From a virus, in IMG/VR virus record IMGVR_UViG_3300033145_000692, positions 36,908 through 100,907 of that record: a stretch of 64,000 nt of DNA; one strand, written 5' to 3'. Below, one piece after another: positions 55,501 through 64,000 of this stretch (its first letter is position 1; every line of letters starts with the position of its first letter). The notes under the pieces were generated by a model. It did not search any database, had not been told where the DNA came from, and was given only the letters and a program-made list of their open reading frames with translations. Both the position numbers and the translations under genes were made by a program.

Positions 55501-55875
55501 ATGACGCAACACAGACCAGACTACAACATTTCATATACCGCCCAGAAGATGACTGAAACGATACCATGTCTTTGCAATAAAAATAGCGAACTGGTCAGCA
55601 TCGAACTGAAGAGGGCGGTCAAGTGCTGGCGACGGCGATACAAGAATCAGCTTGTCACCGACGCTGAGAGGGCGGAAGCAAGGGTGTGGGGCGGAAGTGG
55701 GATACACAAACACTATGAAAGGCTACGGCGGAATAGTAAGAGAGTACAGCGGGCAGCCAATGAGTACAAGGAAAGCCTGGTATTCAACTTCGAGCACGAT
55801 TCCGTTGCACTCATCTGGCAACCAATGCATCAACAACATTGGATATACCTCATAGAACGGAGCGTGACACTATGA
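55501..55875 (+). CDS. Hypothetical protein
   Basis: AAGGAG RBS. Confidence 0.6.
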   Translation: MTQHRPDYNISYTAQKMTETIPCLCNKNSELVSIELKRAVKCWRRRYKNQLVTDAERAEARVWGGSGIHKHYERLRRNSKRVQRAANEYKESLVFNFEHDSVALIWQPMHQQHWIYLIERSVTL

Positions 55876-56372
55876 ACAAGCGAACCTTCTCAGCGAACGC
55901 CAATTTCTACTTTGAGTACCACCATAACATCGACGACGAAGACGATCCACAGCAAGCTGTCGACGTGGATCAAAAGTTCTTCGGAGATGATCCACTGTTC
56001 CTACACGACCATTACGACTACATCCACTGCGAAGTGGTCATCGAAGACATCACCAACATGACAACCCCTGAGGAGAATGACGACATGTCAAATATAGAAC
56101 CGCGTATCGAGCTAGCAATCAGAGATTGGTGGAGCAACCGGTGTGAAAAAGAGGCACTCAAGGTTCAAGAGACAGAGATCGCGGTACAGAAGCGCGAACT
56201 CGTCGAAGAAGCCAAGGTACTCACCAGACGGCTCGAAGGGCTCACCGAAAACATACGTCGGCACCTGATGTTCAACGTGTACGAAGACTGCTTCGTAATT
56301 CTAGTCTGGGACCCAGTGATTGACTCCCACACGATCGAGGTCATGCGGAATGAGTTTGGAGATAAGGCATGA
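55872..56372 (+). CDS. Hypothetical protein
   Basis: ATGA coupling at both ends. Confidence 0.6.
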   Translation: MNKRTFSANANFYFEYHHNIDDEDDPQQAVDVDQKFFGDDPLFLHDHYDYIHCEVVIEDITNMTTPEENDDMSNIEPRIELAIRDWWSNRCEKEALKVQETEIAVQKRELVEEAKVLTRRLEGLTENIRRHLMFNVYEDCFVILVWDPVIDSHTIEVMRNEFGDKA

Positions 56373-57016
56373 TCTACTCAAGACAAGAGATCGCCGACTC
56401 ACTCGACTATGCTGTTTTGAAACCTATAGCATCCAACCAAGACATCATTGATGGTGCCGTTTATGCCACAAAACACGATCTTGTTAGTGTATGTGTGGCG
56501 TCAGTGAATGTTTCTATTGCCGCCAGGTACCATCGGAACGTTTCATCGGTGATTGGCTTCCCACATGGTAACTCGCATCCGAAAGCCAAGCTACGTGAGG
56601 CAAAGAGGGCAATCAAGGATGGTGCCAAGGAACTCGACGTGGTCATCAACTACGGAAAGTTTCTTGGTGGTGATCTGAAGGTCATTGAAGATGACCTCGC
56701 AGACCTCTGCGAAATGGCACACGAGGACTACGTGATCGTGAAAGCGATCTTGGAAACCTGCTATTACACCCCGTCGCAGATCAAAACGGCTTGCTGTTGG
56801 TGTGAAAGGGCTAACGTTGACTACGTAAAGACTTCGACGGGATTCGGAGGACCGGCGACTGTTGAGACTGTTAAGCTAATGCTTGAGGTTACCCAACACA
56901 GTCAGGTACGTGTGAAAGCAAGTGGTGGGATTAAGACGTATGATGACGCTGCCAAGTTTTTGGATTTGGGCTGTGGTCGAATAGGCTCCAGCCGATTTGA
57001 GGAGTTGCTGTCATGA
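56369..57016 (+). CDS. deoC: 2-deoxyribose-5-phosphate aldolase
   Basis: VIGFPHG, GAKELDVVIN, KAILET, YVKTSTGF, VKASGGI, RIGSS. Confidence 0.95.
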   Translation: MIYSRQEIADSLDYAVLKPIASNQDIIDGAVYATKHDLVSVCVASVNVSIAARYHRNVSSVIGFPHGNSHPKAKLREAKRAIKDGAKELDVVINYGKFLGGDLKVIEDDLADLCEMAHEDYVIVKAILETCYYTPSQIKTACCWCERANVDYVKTSTGFGGPATVETVKLMLEVTQHSQVRVKASGGIKTYDDAAKFLDLGCGRIGSSRFEELLS

Positions 57017-57558
57017 ACAGACTGAAGAACACGCGAGGCTACCTTGGTGGCGCAATGGATCGAGTCCCAGATGGTGGTGCGACATGGAGACGTAACATTC
57101 GTACCGCACTACGTGGATTGGGAATTGTCTGGCTCGATCCAACCCGCAAACCAATCGACATTGGAGTCGAGAATGATGTGTCAAGGAAGTTGCGGCACGA
57201 GTTCAAGATGGCTGGAGACTATGAGTATGTCACCAAAGAGATGAAACCAATCCGAAATGTCGATTTGCGAATGATCGACGTATGCGACTGGACCATCGTG
57301 AACATTGACGTCGAAGTCCATGCTTGTGGTACCTATGAGGAATTGTTTCTTGCCAACCAACAACGTAAGCCAATCATCATCCATGTCGAACAGGGGAAAA
57401 AAAGTACCCCCGATTGGTTATTGGCTACAGTACCACACCAACTCATCTTTAGTCGGTGGGATGAGGTTACCGGATATCTCTATGACATCGCGAAGGCTCC
57501 CAAAGTTAAGACATACGAGCGATGGAGATTCTTCGACTTCACGGGAGACGGTTCATGA
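57013..57558 (+). CDS. Nucleoside 2-deoxyribosyltransferase / deoxynucleotide N-glycosidase-like protein
   Basis: YLGGAM..WR..DP..DL..ID..D..GTYEE..KPI. Confidence 0.8.
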   Translation: MNRLKNTRGYLGGAMDRVPDGGATWRRNIRTALRGLGIVWLDPTRKPIDIGVENDVSRKLRHEFKMAGDYEYVTKEMKPIRNVDLRMIDVCDWTIVNIDVEVHACGTYEELFLANQQRKPIIIHVEQGKKSTPDWLLATVPHQLIFSRWDEVTGYLYDIAKAPKVKTYERWRFFDFTGDGS

Positions 57559-57803
57559 AAAGACACGGTAGAACAAAACCCTACACCGAGAATGGAGTTA
57601 AACGACTCCCATGTGCTCGATGTGGGAAACCGGCAAAGCAACAGTGGATTACCTGCGCTGACGGGTTCTGGAGACCTATCTGTGTCGAGTGTGACATCAA
57701 ACTCAACGAGATGGTGCTGAAGTTCATGAATGACCCATGTTGGAAATCAAAGATGATGAAGTACCAAAAGGAGATGCAATGCAGAATCAAGAACAGCAGC
57801 TAA
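57555..57803 (+). CDS. Small zinc-finger protein
   Basis: CARCG...CAD...CVEC. Confidence 0.65.
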   Translation: MKRHGRTKPYTENGVKRLPCARCGKPAKQQWITCADGFWRPICVECDIKLNEMVLKFMNDPCWKSKMMKYQKEMQCRIKNSS

Positions 57804-58294
57804 TCAAATTGCTCACGGCGAATGGCAACTCCGTCGACATACACACCACCATTGTTGATGGTGTGTATGTAGGTACATTGCGACACCCAGTTGTCCATGG
57901 TGTTGGTGTCAACGTGTTGAAGGCGCTCATCATGGCTGCCTCACGGAAGAAGCGATACGTCATAAAGAACGATGGGTTCAATGAGACCAGAGAGTGCATC
58001 AGCGACTATGAGTGTAACTATGGGATCTTGGAAACCAATGAGAAGACAACCATCCAAGGGATGGCCGATCTACTAGTCAAACGCCATTCGATTCATATGT
58101 ACTTCAGGGATGGGCAGATGCACATTCTGATCAAAGAGGGTATGCAGATTCAAGGGCACGGTGCCACCCTCTTCAAAGCTCTCGCTGATGCCATACAAAG
58201 GCTCAAAGCCAATGCCAAGAGAAACGACATCTTGTATTCAGAAATTCTTGACGACATTGAGATGTACGAGCAACACTATGGAGAAATCGTGTGA
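57779..58294 (+). CDS. Hypothetical protein with internal duplication
   Basis: HGVGVNVLKAL / QGHGATLFKAL; AAGGAG RBS. Confidence 0.6.
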   Translation: MQNQEQQLIKLLTANGNSVDIHTTIVDGVYVGTLRHPVVHGVGVNVLKALIMAASRKKRYVIKNDGFNETRECISDYECNYGILETNEKTTIQGMADLLVKRHSIHMYFRDGQMHILIKEGMQIQGHGATLFKALADAIQRLKANAKRNDILYSEILDDIEMYEQHYGEIV

Positions 58295-58569
58295 GGACAG
58301 GACAGAACAGAACAGGACTTGAACTACTTGACGCGCTTTCCCTGGGTCCCGGTGGTGTACAAATCAACGTTACTGAGACCAGTGTGATCGTGACTACCAT
58401 ATACCGCCCAACGGTACGAGGTAATGGTGAAACACTTGTCGAAGCGACCTCTGACGCCGCTGGGAAGGTAGTTATGTACCACAAGAAGTGGGACAACATG
58501 CCAAAGCAAGTGATGGCTGCCGTGCGGATGTACATCGCCCGTCAGAAAATCCGATCAGATTCCATTTGA
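58291..58569 (+). CDS. Hypothetical protein
   Basis: GTG start with GGAG RBS; RGNGETLVEA resembles the upstream repeat. Confidence 0.6.
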   Translation: MRTGQNRTGLELLDALSLGPGGVQINVTETSVIVTTIYRPTVRGNGETLVEATSDAAGKVVMYHKKWDNMPKQVMAAVRMYIARQKIRSDSI

Positions 58570-58594
58570 CAAGACCCATTTTGTGTGATAGAAT
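58566..58594 (+). promoter_or_regulatory. Sigma70-type promoter (probably leaderless transcript)
   Basis: TTGACA-N17-TAGAAT with TG extension; ATG 6 nt after the -10 box. Confidence 0.75.
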
Positions 58595-58600
58595 TGAGAT

Positions 58601-59179
58601 ATGAAGGACATCTATTTCATTGCCGACACTCATCTTGGTCATGAGGCGATCCTGCACCACATGCCAAAACGTGGGGAAGAATTCCGCGACATTGACGAGA
58701 TGGATGCTGGGATCATTGACTCAATCAACTATTATGTCAAGAAGGATGATATCCTATTTCACCTGGGCGACTTCTGCTGGCGGGCGGGACAAGCCGGACA
58801 CTATCGGCAGCGGTTGAACGTCAAAGAGATTCACGTGGCAAGAGGTAACCATGATGCCCCCTCGCTGCGGAAGCACGTGTCCTCACTCGATTGGATGATC
58901 TTCAGGAAGTTCAACTCGAACTTCAGATCAAATCTCCACTTTCACATGCAGCATTTCGCGATGGTATCATGGAGAAAGCAGCAGCATGGGGGGTATGGAC
59001 TATATGGACACAGCCACGGGCTCTTTGAAGACAAGTTGAACACATTTCAACCAGGTCGGAGAGCCATGGACGTTGGTATCGACCACGCTTTCACTCTCAC
59101 CGGAGAGTTCAAACCACTTCACTTAGAGGAATGTCTCTTTTTTATGCCCGACATCATTGAAGGGCGACCAGACCGATGA
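58601..59179 (+). CDS. Calcineurin-like metallophosphoesterase
   Basis: ADTHLGH, LGDF, GNHD, GHSH. Confidence 0.9.
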   Translation: MKDIYFIADTHLGHEAILHHMPKRGEEFRDIDEMDAGIIDSINYYVKKDDILFHLGDFCWRAGQAGHYRQRLNVKEIHVARGNHDAPSLRKHVSSLDWMIFRKFNSNFRSNLHFHMQHFAMVSWRKQQHGGYGLYGHSHGLFEDKLNTFQPGRRAMDVGIDHAFTLTGEFKPLHLEECLFFMPDIIEGRPDR

Positions 59180-59793
59180 AACCTATCCCGCAGTTGACTA
59201 AGAGTGACCTTACCCGTTTCTGGGTTAAGGTTGACATGAAAGGTCCTGATGAATGTTGGAAATGGCTTGCGTACAGATGTAAGGATGGTTATGGTCGATT
59301 TGATCTCTGTCAGTCGCCATTTCGAGCACATCGTATCTCTTTTGCCATAGCAAATGGTGACCCTGGTGAGTTGAATGTCAACCACACTTGTGATAACCCA
59401 AGATGTGTCAACCCAGGACATCTCTGGAAAGGCACGATGCAAGACGGCATGACAGACAAGGTCATAAAAAAACGCCAGTCAAGTACGTTAGGTGAACATC
59501 AGATAAGAGAAATCCTTTTGTCAACTGAAACTTGTCAGATTCTCGCGGACAGGCTTGGCGTCAAACATCAAAACATATCGGCGATCAGAAGGGGAGAAAG
59601 ATGGAAACACTTAGGTGGTGGGCGACAGTCATGGGCGTCAAAAACCGGGTCCAGAGGTGTCACGTTCCACAAGGGAGCAGGGAGGTATCGAGCCGATGTT
59701 ACAATCAAAAAGAACCGATACTACCTTGGACTCTTCGATACCATTGAAGAAGCCACCACAGCAATCGCCACCAAGAAGAAGGAACTCAGATGA
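59176..59793 (+). CDS. HNH endonuclease with HTH and AP2 domains
   Basis: RFWVKVD..CWKW, AHR, HTCDNPRCVNPGHL, KTGSRGV...LGLF. Confidence 0.9.
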   Translation: MKPIPQLTKSDLTRFWVKVDMKGPDECWKWLAYRCKDGYGRFDLCQSPFRAHRISFAIANGDPGELNVNHTCDNPRCVNPGHLWKGTMQDGMTDKVIKKRQSSTLGEHQIREILLSTETCQILADRLGVKHQNISAIRRGERWKHLGGGRQSWASKTGSRGVTFHKGAGRYRADVTIKKNRYYLGLFDTIEEATTAIATKKKELR

Positions 59794-60008
59794 TTCTACA
59801 ATGTCCAGAATGCAACAGCCGTAATGTCACGACAGTGTGGACCAAGCATACCTTTCCGTATGGAGCGGTGAACCCAGTGAACTTGACGGCGAAGGTACCC
59901 ATCAGACGATGTGGATGCTGCAAGGAGTCATGGCTCGACTACATCTCTGAGATAATCATGGACCGAGTCATCAAGGACTTCGAGAAAGACTACACGGACG
60001 AACTATGA
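59790..60008 (+). CDS. YgiT/MqsA-type zinc ribbon protein
   Basis: CPEC...VPIRRCGCC.E. Confidence 0.6.
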   Translation: MILQCPECNSRNVTTVWTKHTFPYGAVNPVNLTAKVPIRRCGCCKESWLDYISEIIMDRVIKDFEKDYTDEL

Positions 60009-60196
60009 GAAACAGTCAGAATCCATCGGATACCAGCGGGCTTGTTGTTGGTGCTCTTGTATTGCCGGGCGTCTGTGCCATCATCTATTTGCTGGCGGCA
60101 TTGTGCCATCACTTGCCGGCGTTGATGTTCGTTCTCTTCTGGTGGTTCTGGGGCTATTTCACGTTCCGTTTTGTGAAATGGGTGATAACATCATGA
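60005..60196 (+). CDS. Small membrane protein
   Basis: Two hydrophobic segments. Confidence 0.55.
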   Translation: MRNSQNPSDTSGLVVGALVLPGVCAIIYLLAALCHHLPALMFVLFWWFWGYFTFRFVKWVITS

Positions 60197-60441
60197 GATC
60201 CATACTGGAATTTCTACTGGAATTTCTACTGGAATTTCTACATCAGGTACTGTCCCCGCTCATCCTGTTATTTGTCCTCTTCACGATCACTGTGTTATCC
60301 GCACTTGGGATACTGGTCATGGCGAATTTTGCCCCAGTGGGATTTACACTCATTGGTAGCGGGCTCTTGGTCTTCGGAACAATTGTCTTAATCCGATTTC
60401 TGACAAAACTGTGGATGCGATATGAAGATCAAAGAAACTGA
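60193..60441 (+). CDS. Small membrane protein (LEFL x3)
   Basis: ATGA coupling; two TM segments. Confidence 0.55.
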   Translation: MRSILEFLLEFLLEFLHQVLSPLILLFVLFTITVLSALGILVMANFAPVGFTLIGSGLLVFGTIVLIRFLTKLWMRYEDQRN

Positions 60442-61072
60442 CACAATGAAAATACCAATGAAAATACCAATGTTGGACAGAGTCGACCTCGAACGCCTCA
60501 TGGCGTCTGTTGACCAAAGTGAGGATTGCTGGTTCTGGGAGGGGGAACGCAATGGTGATTACCAACCGGTGTTAGAGATAACTGGCGTCAAGTACCACCC
60601 TGGTGACCTACTGTATGTGGATTTGTGTGGACCATTGGAAGATGGCGAGAAGGTAACAAACAAATGCTTCACGGTAGGCTGCATCAACCCAAAACACAAG
60701 GAGGGTGTATGGAGGGCACAGCATGGAAAACTGAGGAAGGGAGATGTTATACGGATTCTTGACTCCGGCAAAACAGTCCGTGAGTTGGCTGAAGAGTTCG
60801 ACGTGTGCCTGGCAACGATCTACAACATCCGGAGTGGCAAGGTCTGGAAAGACATCACTCCACAACACAAGCGAAAACGACCGGTGCCTAAGCCACCACG
60901 ACAGAAGCATATCCGCACTGCGTTCCCGGGGATCACATTTGACCTAGGCACCGGGAAGTACATCGCTAGCTATTACAGGAAGTACATCGGTGAATACGAC
61001 TCACGCGAAGAAGCGGTGGTGATGCGGGTAAAGCACATTGAGGATGGATTCCAATATGGATCTCAGTTTTGA
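60422..61072 (+). CDS. Degenerate HNH + HTH + AP2-like protein
   Basis: DCWFWEG, KCFTVGCINPKH (catalytic His lost), RELAEEFDVCLATIYNI. Confidence 0.7.
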   Translation: MKIKETDTMKIPMKIPMLDRVDLERLMASVDQSEDCWFWEGERNGDYQPVLEITGVKYHPGDLLYVDLCGPLEDGEKVTNKCFTVGCINPKHKEGVWRAQHGKLRKGDVIRILDSGKTVRELAEEFDVCLATIYNIRSGKVWKDITPQHKRKRPVPKPPRQKHIRTAFPGITFDLGTGKYIASYYRKYIGEYDSREEAVVMRVKHIEDGFQYGSQF

Positions 61073-61742
61073 TTTCATGATGTACCACAAGCCAATACCC
61101 GAACTGACTGAAGAAACCATCAAAAGATTCTGGAGCCACGTTGACATTCGTGGACCGGATGACTGCTGGGAGTATGATACCCTTTTTGCTAATGGTTATG
61201 GAAGATTCTACTTAACAACCAATAATGCGTTCAAGGCTAATCGAATCTCTTATGCAATAGCAAATGGGGACCCGGGAAACCTCCTTGTCTGCCACACATG
61301 TGATACCCCGCGATGTGTGAACCCATCACATCTCTGGGTAGGAACGGACCAGGATAACTGTGACGACAAGACAGACAAGGGGAGGCAGTCGAGAGGTACA
61401 ACTCAACCTTCCTCAAAACTCACAGAAGAACAAGTCAAAGAAATCCTCGCATCGAACGAAACCCTGAAAGTGCTGTCCGCGAGATACAATGTTACTATCG
61501 CCATCATATCACGAATAAGGACAAACAAAGATTGGAAACACATTGAAGGTAAAAGGGGTACACCAGTGAGATCGTCCACAGGTTTCAAAGGAGTCACCCA
61601 ACGTTCTAGTGGTAGGTATATGGCAAAATTCACCTACCAGTACAAGGAACACTACGTCGGAATCTTCGCAACGATACCCGAAGCCACTAAGGCTATCGTT
61701 GCGAAGAAAGCCGAACTCGGCATTGCCTCGACACCAAGCTAG
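61056..61742 (+). CDS. HNH endonuclease with HTH and AP2 domains
   Basis: RFWSHVD..CWEY, CHTCDTPRCVNPSHL, STGFKGV; paralog of 59176..59793. Confidence 0.9.
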   Translation: MDLSFDFMMYHKPIPELTEETIKRFWSHVDIRGPDDCWEYDTLFANGYGRFYLTTNNAFKANRISYAIANGDPGNLLVCHTCDTPRCVNPSHLWVGTDQDNCDDKTDKGRQSRGTTQPSSKLTEEQVKEILASNETLKVLSARYNVTIAIISRIRTNKDWKHIEGKRGTPVRSSTGFKGVTQRSSGRYMAKFTYQYKEHYVGIFATIPEATKAIVAKKAELGIASTPS

Positions 61743-62347
61743 GCGGCGTCAGCGATGATCGCTTCCTCTTCAAGCATATCCTCGCTCTTCATTTTGGTCC
61801 CACACGGACATGTCGGAACTCCAATGTTAATCCACTTCTGACTGGCACGAACCATATACCCGCATTCCGGGCATTCGATCTTCTTCATCCGAGTGCTCTG
61901 AGGTGGCTTCTCCGTCATAGTCAGTGAAGCGTGCGGGTACGGACCTAGCCGGTCAACGTGATCCTGAAGCTTCTCCTTTAGGGCTTCGCCGACAATGGTC
62001 TCGGTCATCTTACCCTCTAGCCCGAGTGTGGTAGCAACCGTGCGGAACGCGCCACGATGTCCACAGTCACATCCAACGGCTACATGCACCAACTCATGGA
62101 CGAGGATGCCCACCACCACAACCGGGTTGTCCCGCATCGGGGTGATGAACACCTCGAAGTGGTCGTCCTCACTCCTGCCTGATGGCCAGCACTCCCCTAG
62201 AACTTGTCTTTTCCCGGGACGCCCACCCCGGCTGGGGAATCCACAGGTCAACCGAATGTTGCCCGGAAGGGCAGCGTCCGCTACCTCGAACTCGGGTCGG
62301 AGGAGATCGGTCATCGCATTGAGCCAAGCTTCGCGGGTGTCATACAT
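61739..62347 (-). CDS. SprT-like metalloprotease with C-terminal zinc ribbon
   Basis: REAWL, LGECW, LVHELVH, GH.GAF, CPECGY..R..PTCPCG. Confidence 0.85.
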   Translation of the reverse strand: MYDTREAWLNAMTDLLRPEFEVADAALPGNIRLTCGFPSRGGRPGKRQVLGECWPSGRSEDDHFEVFITPMRDNPVVVVGILVHELVHVAVGCDCGHRGAFRTVATTLGLEGKMTETIVGEALKEKLQDHVDRLGPYPHASLTMTEKPPQSTRMKKIECPECGYMVRASQKWINIGVPTCPCGTKMKSEDMLEEEAIIADAA

Positions 62348-62417
62348 TGTGGGTCCCTGGTGAGATGCATGTAAGGTGTGTAAGGTGTGTGTAAGGTGTG
62401 TGTAAACGTCTACTTCA

Positions 62418-62445
62418 ATCATATCATGTTTCATGGGAATGTCAA
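62418..62445 (-). promoter_or_regulatory. Sigma70-type promoter for the SprT-like gene
   Basis: TTGACA-N16-TATGAT with TG extension. Confidence 0.65.
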
Positions 62446-62958
62446 GGGCTTCATTCAAAATTCTGAAAAAAATAATGGAGAAAGACCTATCCGACACTGG
62501 TGGGTCCGCTACCGGGCGGATTGGCGTCCTGGCGACTGGCGAAATGGCGTCCAGTAGATGGTTTGTGGTAGGTCGTGGGTGTGAGAAGGGACCTTTCAGT
62601 AGATGATTTATTGAGTAGAAATGCCCGATATCAAATGAAAGTCAGTGGTTATATCAAAAAAACCTCAAGTAAGGGATGGTCCCCGAGCCATATCCCCTAT
62701 TATAGTATATTTTTTTCATTTTTTATATACTACAATATAGATATAGTCCCTCTTTACTCACTTATTTGAATCTCGTCATAAAGTCTTTGGCACCATCTGG
62801 TTGTAAGAAATGATGTTTTGTGATAAGAGTACTTTCATCTCAGATTGCTCCCTTGACTGACCTACCCATGGCTGAATTGCCCAGGAAACATAGGGCGAAA
62901 CGTTGATCCCATCTCAGACCACATCAGAGCCGGTTACCAACTTGACCGCGTCCCACAC

Positions 62959-63054
62959 TGCCCGGAATACTGTGCCGCGTCATTATGGACATGCCCACGG
63001 GCCCATCCCAACGCTATGACACTCCGACATTGCCCGGAATACTGTGCCGCGTCA
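62959..63054. repeat. 24-bp perfect direct repeat, 72-bp period
   Basis: TGCCCGGAATACTGTGCCGCGTCA at 62959 and 63031. Confidence 0.9.
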
Positions 63055-63139
63055 GTACCCCATACGAAATTCAAAACCAGTGTCGAAAGGGCAGGGAGAA
63101 CGCGGCGGGGGGAGGGGTAGGTCAACACCCCCCGATTTG

Positions 63140-63302
63140 ACCCCTCCCTTTGGGGTATACAGCAGGTGCCTACCATGGTACCCCTCTCTCGGGGTATCTA
63201 TCACTCCACACATGGGGTATGTACGAGTACCCTCTCTTGGGTGGGTTCCCATAGCAGTTATTATCGGACCCACTCCGATGGGTGGTACCCATCTACCTGG
63301 GT
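63140..63302. repeat. Array of ACCC(C/A)-N6-(G/T)GGGT-type palindromes
   Basis: Copies, some degenerate, at 63140, 63180, 63203, 63229, 63268 and 63287. Confidence 0.65.
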
Positions 63303-63642
63303 ACCAACGATCGTCTCCCACTATTGGGTGGGATGAGACCACCACTCACCCAATCGGGGGTCTCCCTCGACCGTGGTGTCTGCACTACCTATCAGAGAGG
63401 GAGTGATCCGATTGACAACAAGTGGCAAGTGGCCAGTAGGGTGTGCGCCACCACAGTTTGGCGTGATAAACGTAAATTGTGGCGAAGTCACCTAACCGCG
63501 CGCGGCTAACCGTGCTATTGTGCGACGTAACCCGTTTGACAGTAATGAGTTACGCTTATGACAAGTGTCATAATTTTCTGAACTTACTGCGCCATCATAT
63601 TGACTACCTATGTACAATCGTATCGTTCGTTACAAGTGGCGA

Positions 63643-63760
63643 CCCACCACCCACCACCCACCACCCACCACCCACCACCCACCACCTACCACCCACCACC
63701 TACCACCCACCACCTACGACCCACCACCTACCACCCACCACCTACCACCCACCACCTACC
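63643..63760. repeat. Heptamer tandem repeat CCACC(C/T)A, about 17 copies
   Basis: Seen directly. Confidence 0.95.
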
Positions 63761-63774
63761 GGTATCCGGTATCC

Positions 63775-63879
63775 CACTATCGAGGGGCACACTATCGGGT
63801 GTCACACTATCAGGTGTCACACCATCGGGTACCCAACTATCAGGTGTCACACCATCAGGTGTCACACCATCGGGTGGGT
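63775..63879. repeat. Seven tandem 15-mers, consensus CACYATCRGGTGTCA
   Basis: Units at 63775, 63790, 63805, 63820, 63835, 63850 and 63865. Confidence 0.9.
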
Positions 63880-64000
63880 CTGCTACCCCGAAGGTGGTAG
63901 ATTACAAAATTGTGCGCCTCCCCACCTATTGGAGGGACCACCTTGATCCACCTTGATCTATCCACTCCAATGGGTGTACTGCCCAACACCACCCGAAGGT

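Noticed and set aside
62959-63879. CRISPR array
   Set aside because: Only two copies of the 24-mer, the 15-mers have no spacers, and there are no cas genes.
63479-63956. Pro/Thr/His-rich ORFs
   Set aside because: Open only because the 7-mer and 15-mer repeats lack stop codons; no RBS or coding signature.
1-64000. Definite host assignment (e.g. Planctomycetota) and temperate lifestyle
   Set aside because: Only indirect hints from gene content; no host flanks, integrase or repressor recognisable.

Overview
This window is a 64-kb segment of a tailed dsDNA phage with siphovirus-type morphogenesis genes. It uses genetic code 11, and I see no integrase, DNA polymerase, CRISPR array or reverse transcriptase. 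The host cannot be determined from the sequence. From left to right: (1) 1-10.7 kb, minus strand: two ParB-like genes, a PQ-loop transporter, a metallophosphoesterase, an exported trypsin-like protease, an SNF2-like helicase with a class 3 intein, a degenerate ThyX-like gene, tRNAs and an SSB-like gene. (2) A divergent control region bounded by a perfect 26-bp inverted repeat. (3) 11-17.4 kb, plus strand: primase-helicase, dATP/dGTP diphosphohydrolase, HNH, DEDDh exonuclease and Cys-rich paralogs. (4) 17.4-52.5 kb, minus-strand virion operon: TerS, a cassette of mostly exported proteins, lambda-GpA-like TerL, portal, repeat fibre, adaptor, scaffold, P22-like capsid, holin-like gene, two tail tubes, chaperone, tape measure, tail tip and fibres. 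(5) 52.7-61.7 kb, plus-strand accessory block: SufU, radical SAM, DeoC, NDT-like, phosphoesterase and HNH-AP2 genes. (6) A repeat-rich non-coding end. The strongest novel signals are: a 1191-aa protein whose domains appear nested 8 levels deep, with 7 incomplete domains matched by exactly 7 C-terminal return strands; a candidate protease/thioredoxin lysis cassette with no muramidase; a shared N-terminal leader on scaffold and capsid; an AUC-initiated second tail tube; a possible daisy-chain fibre module; and a dNTP-to-aldolase nucleotide-removal route. All family calls come from motif recognition by eye, not database searches.
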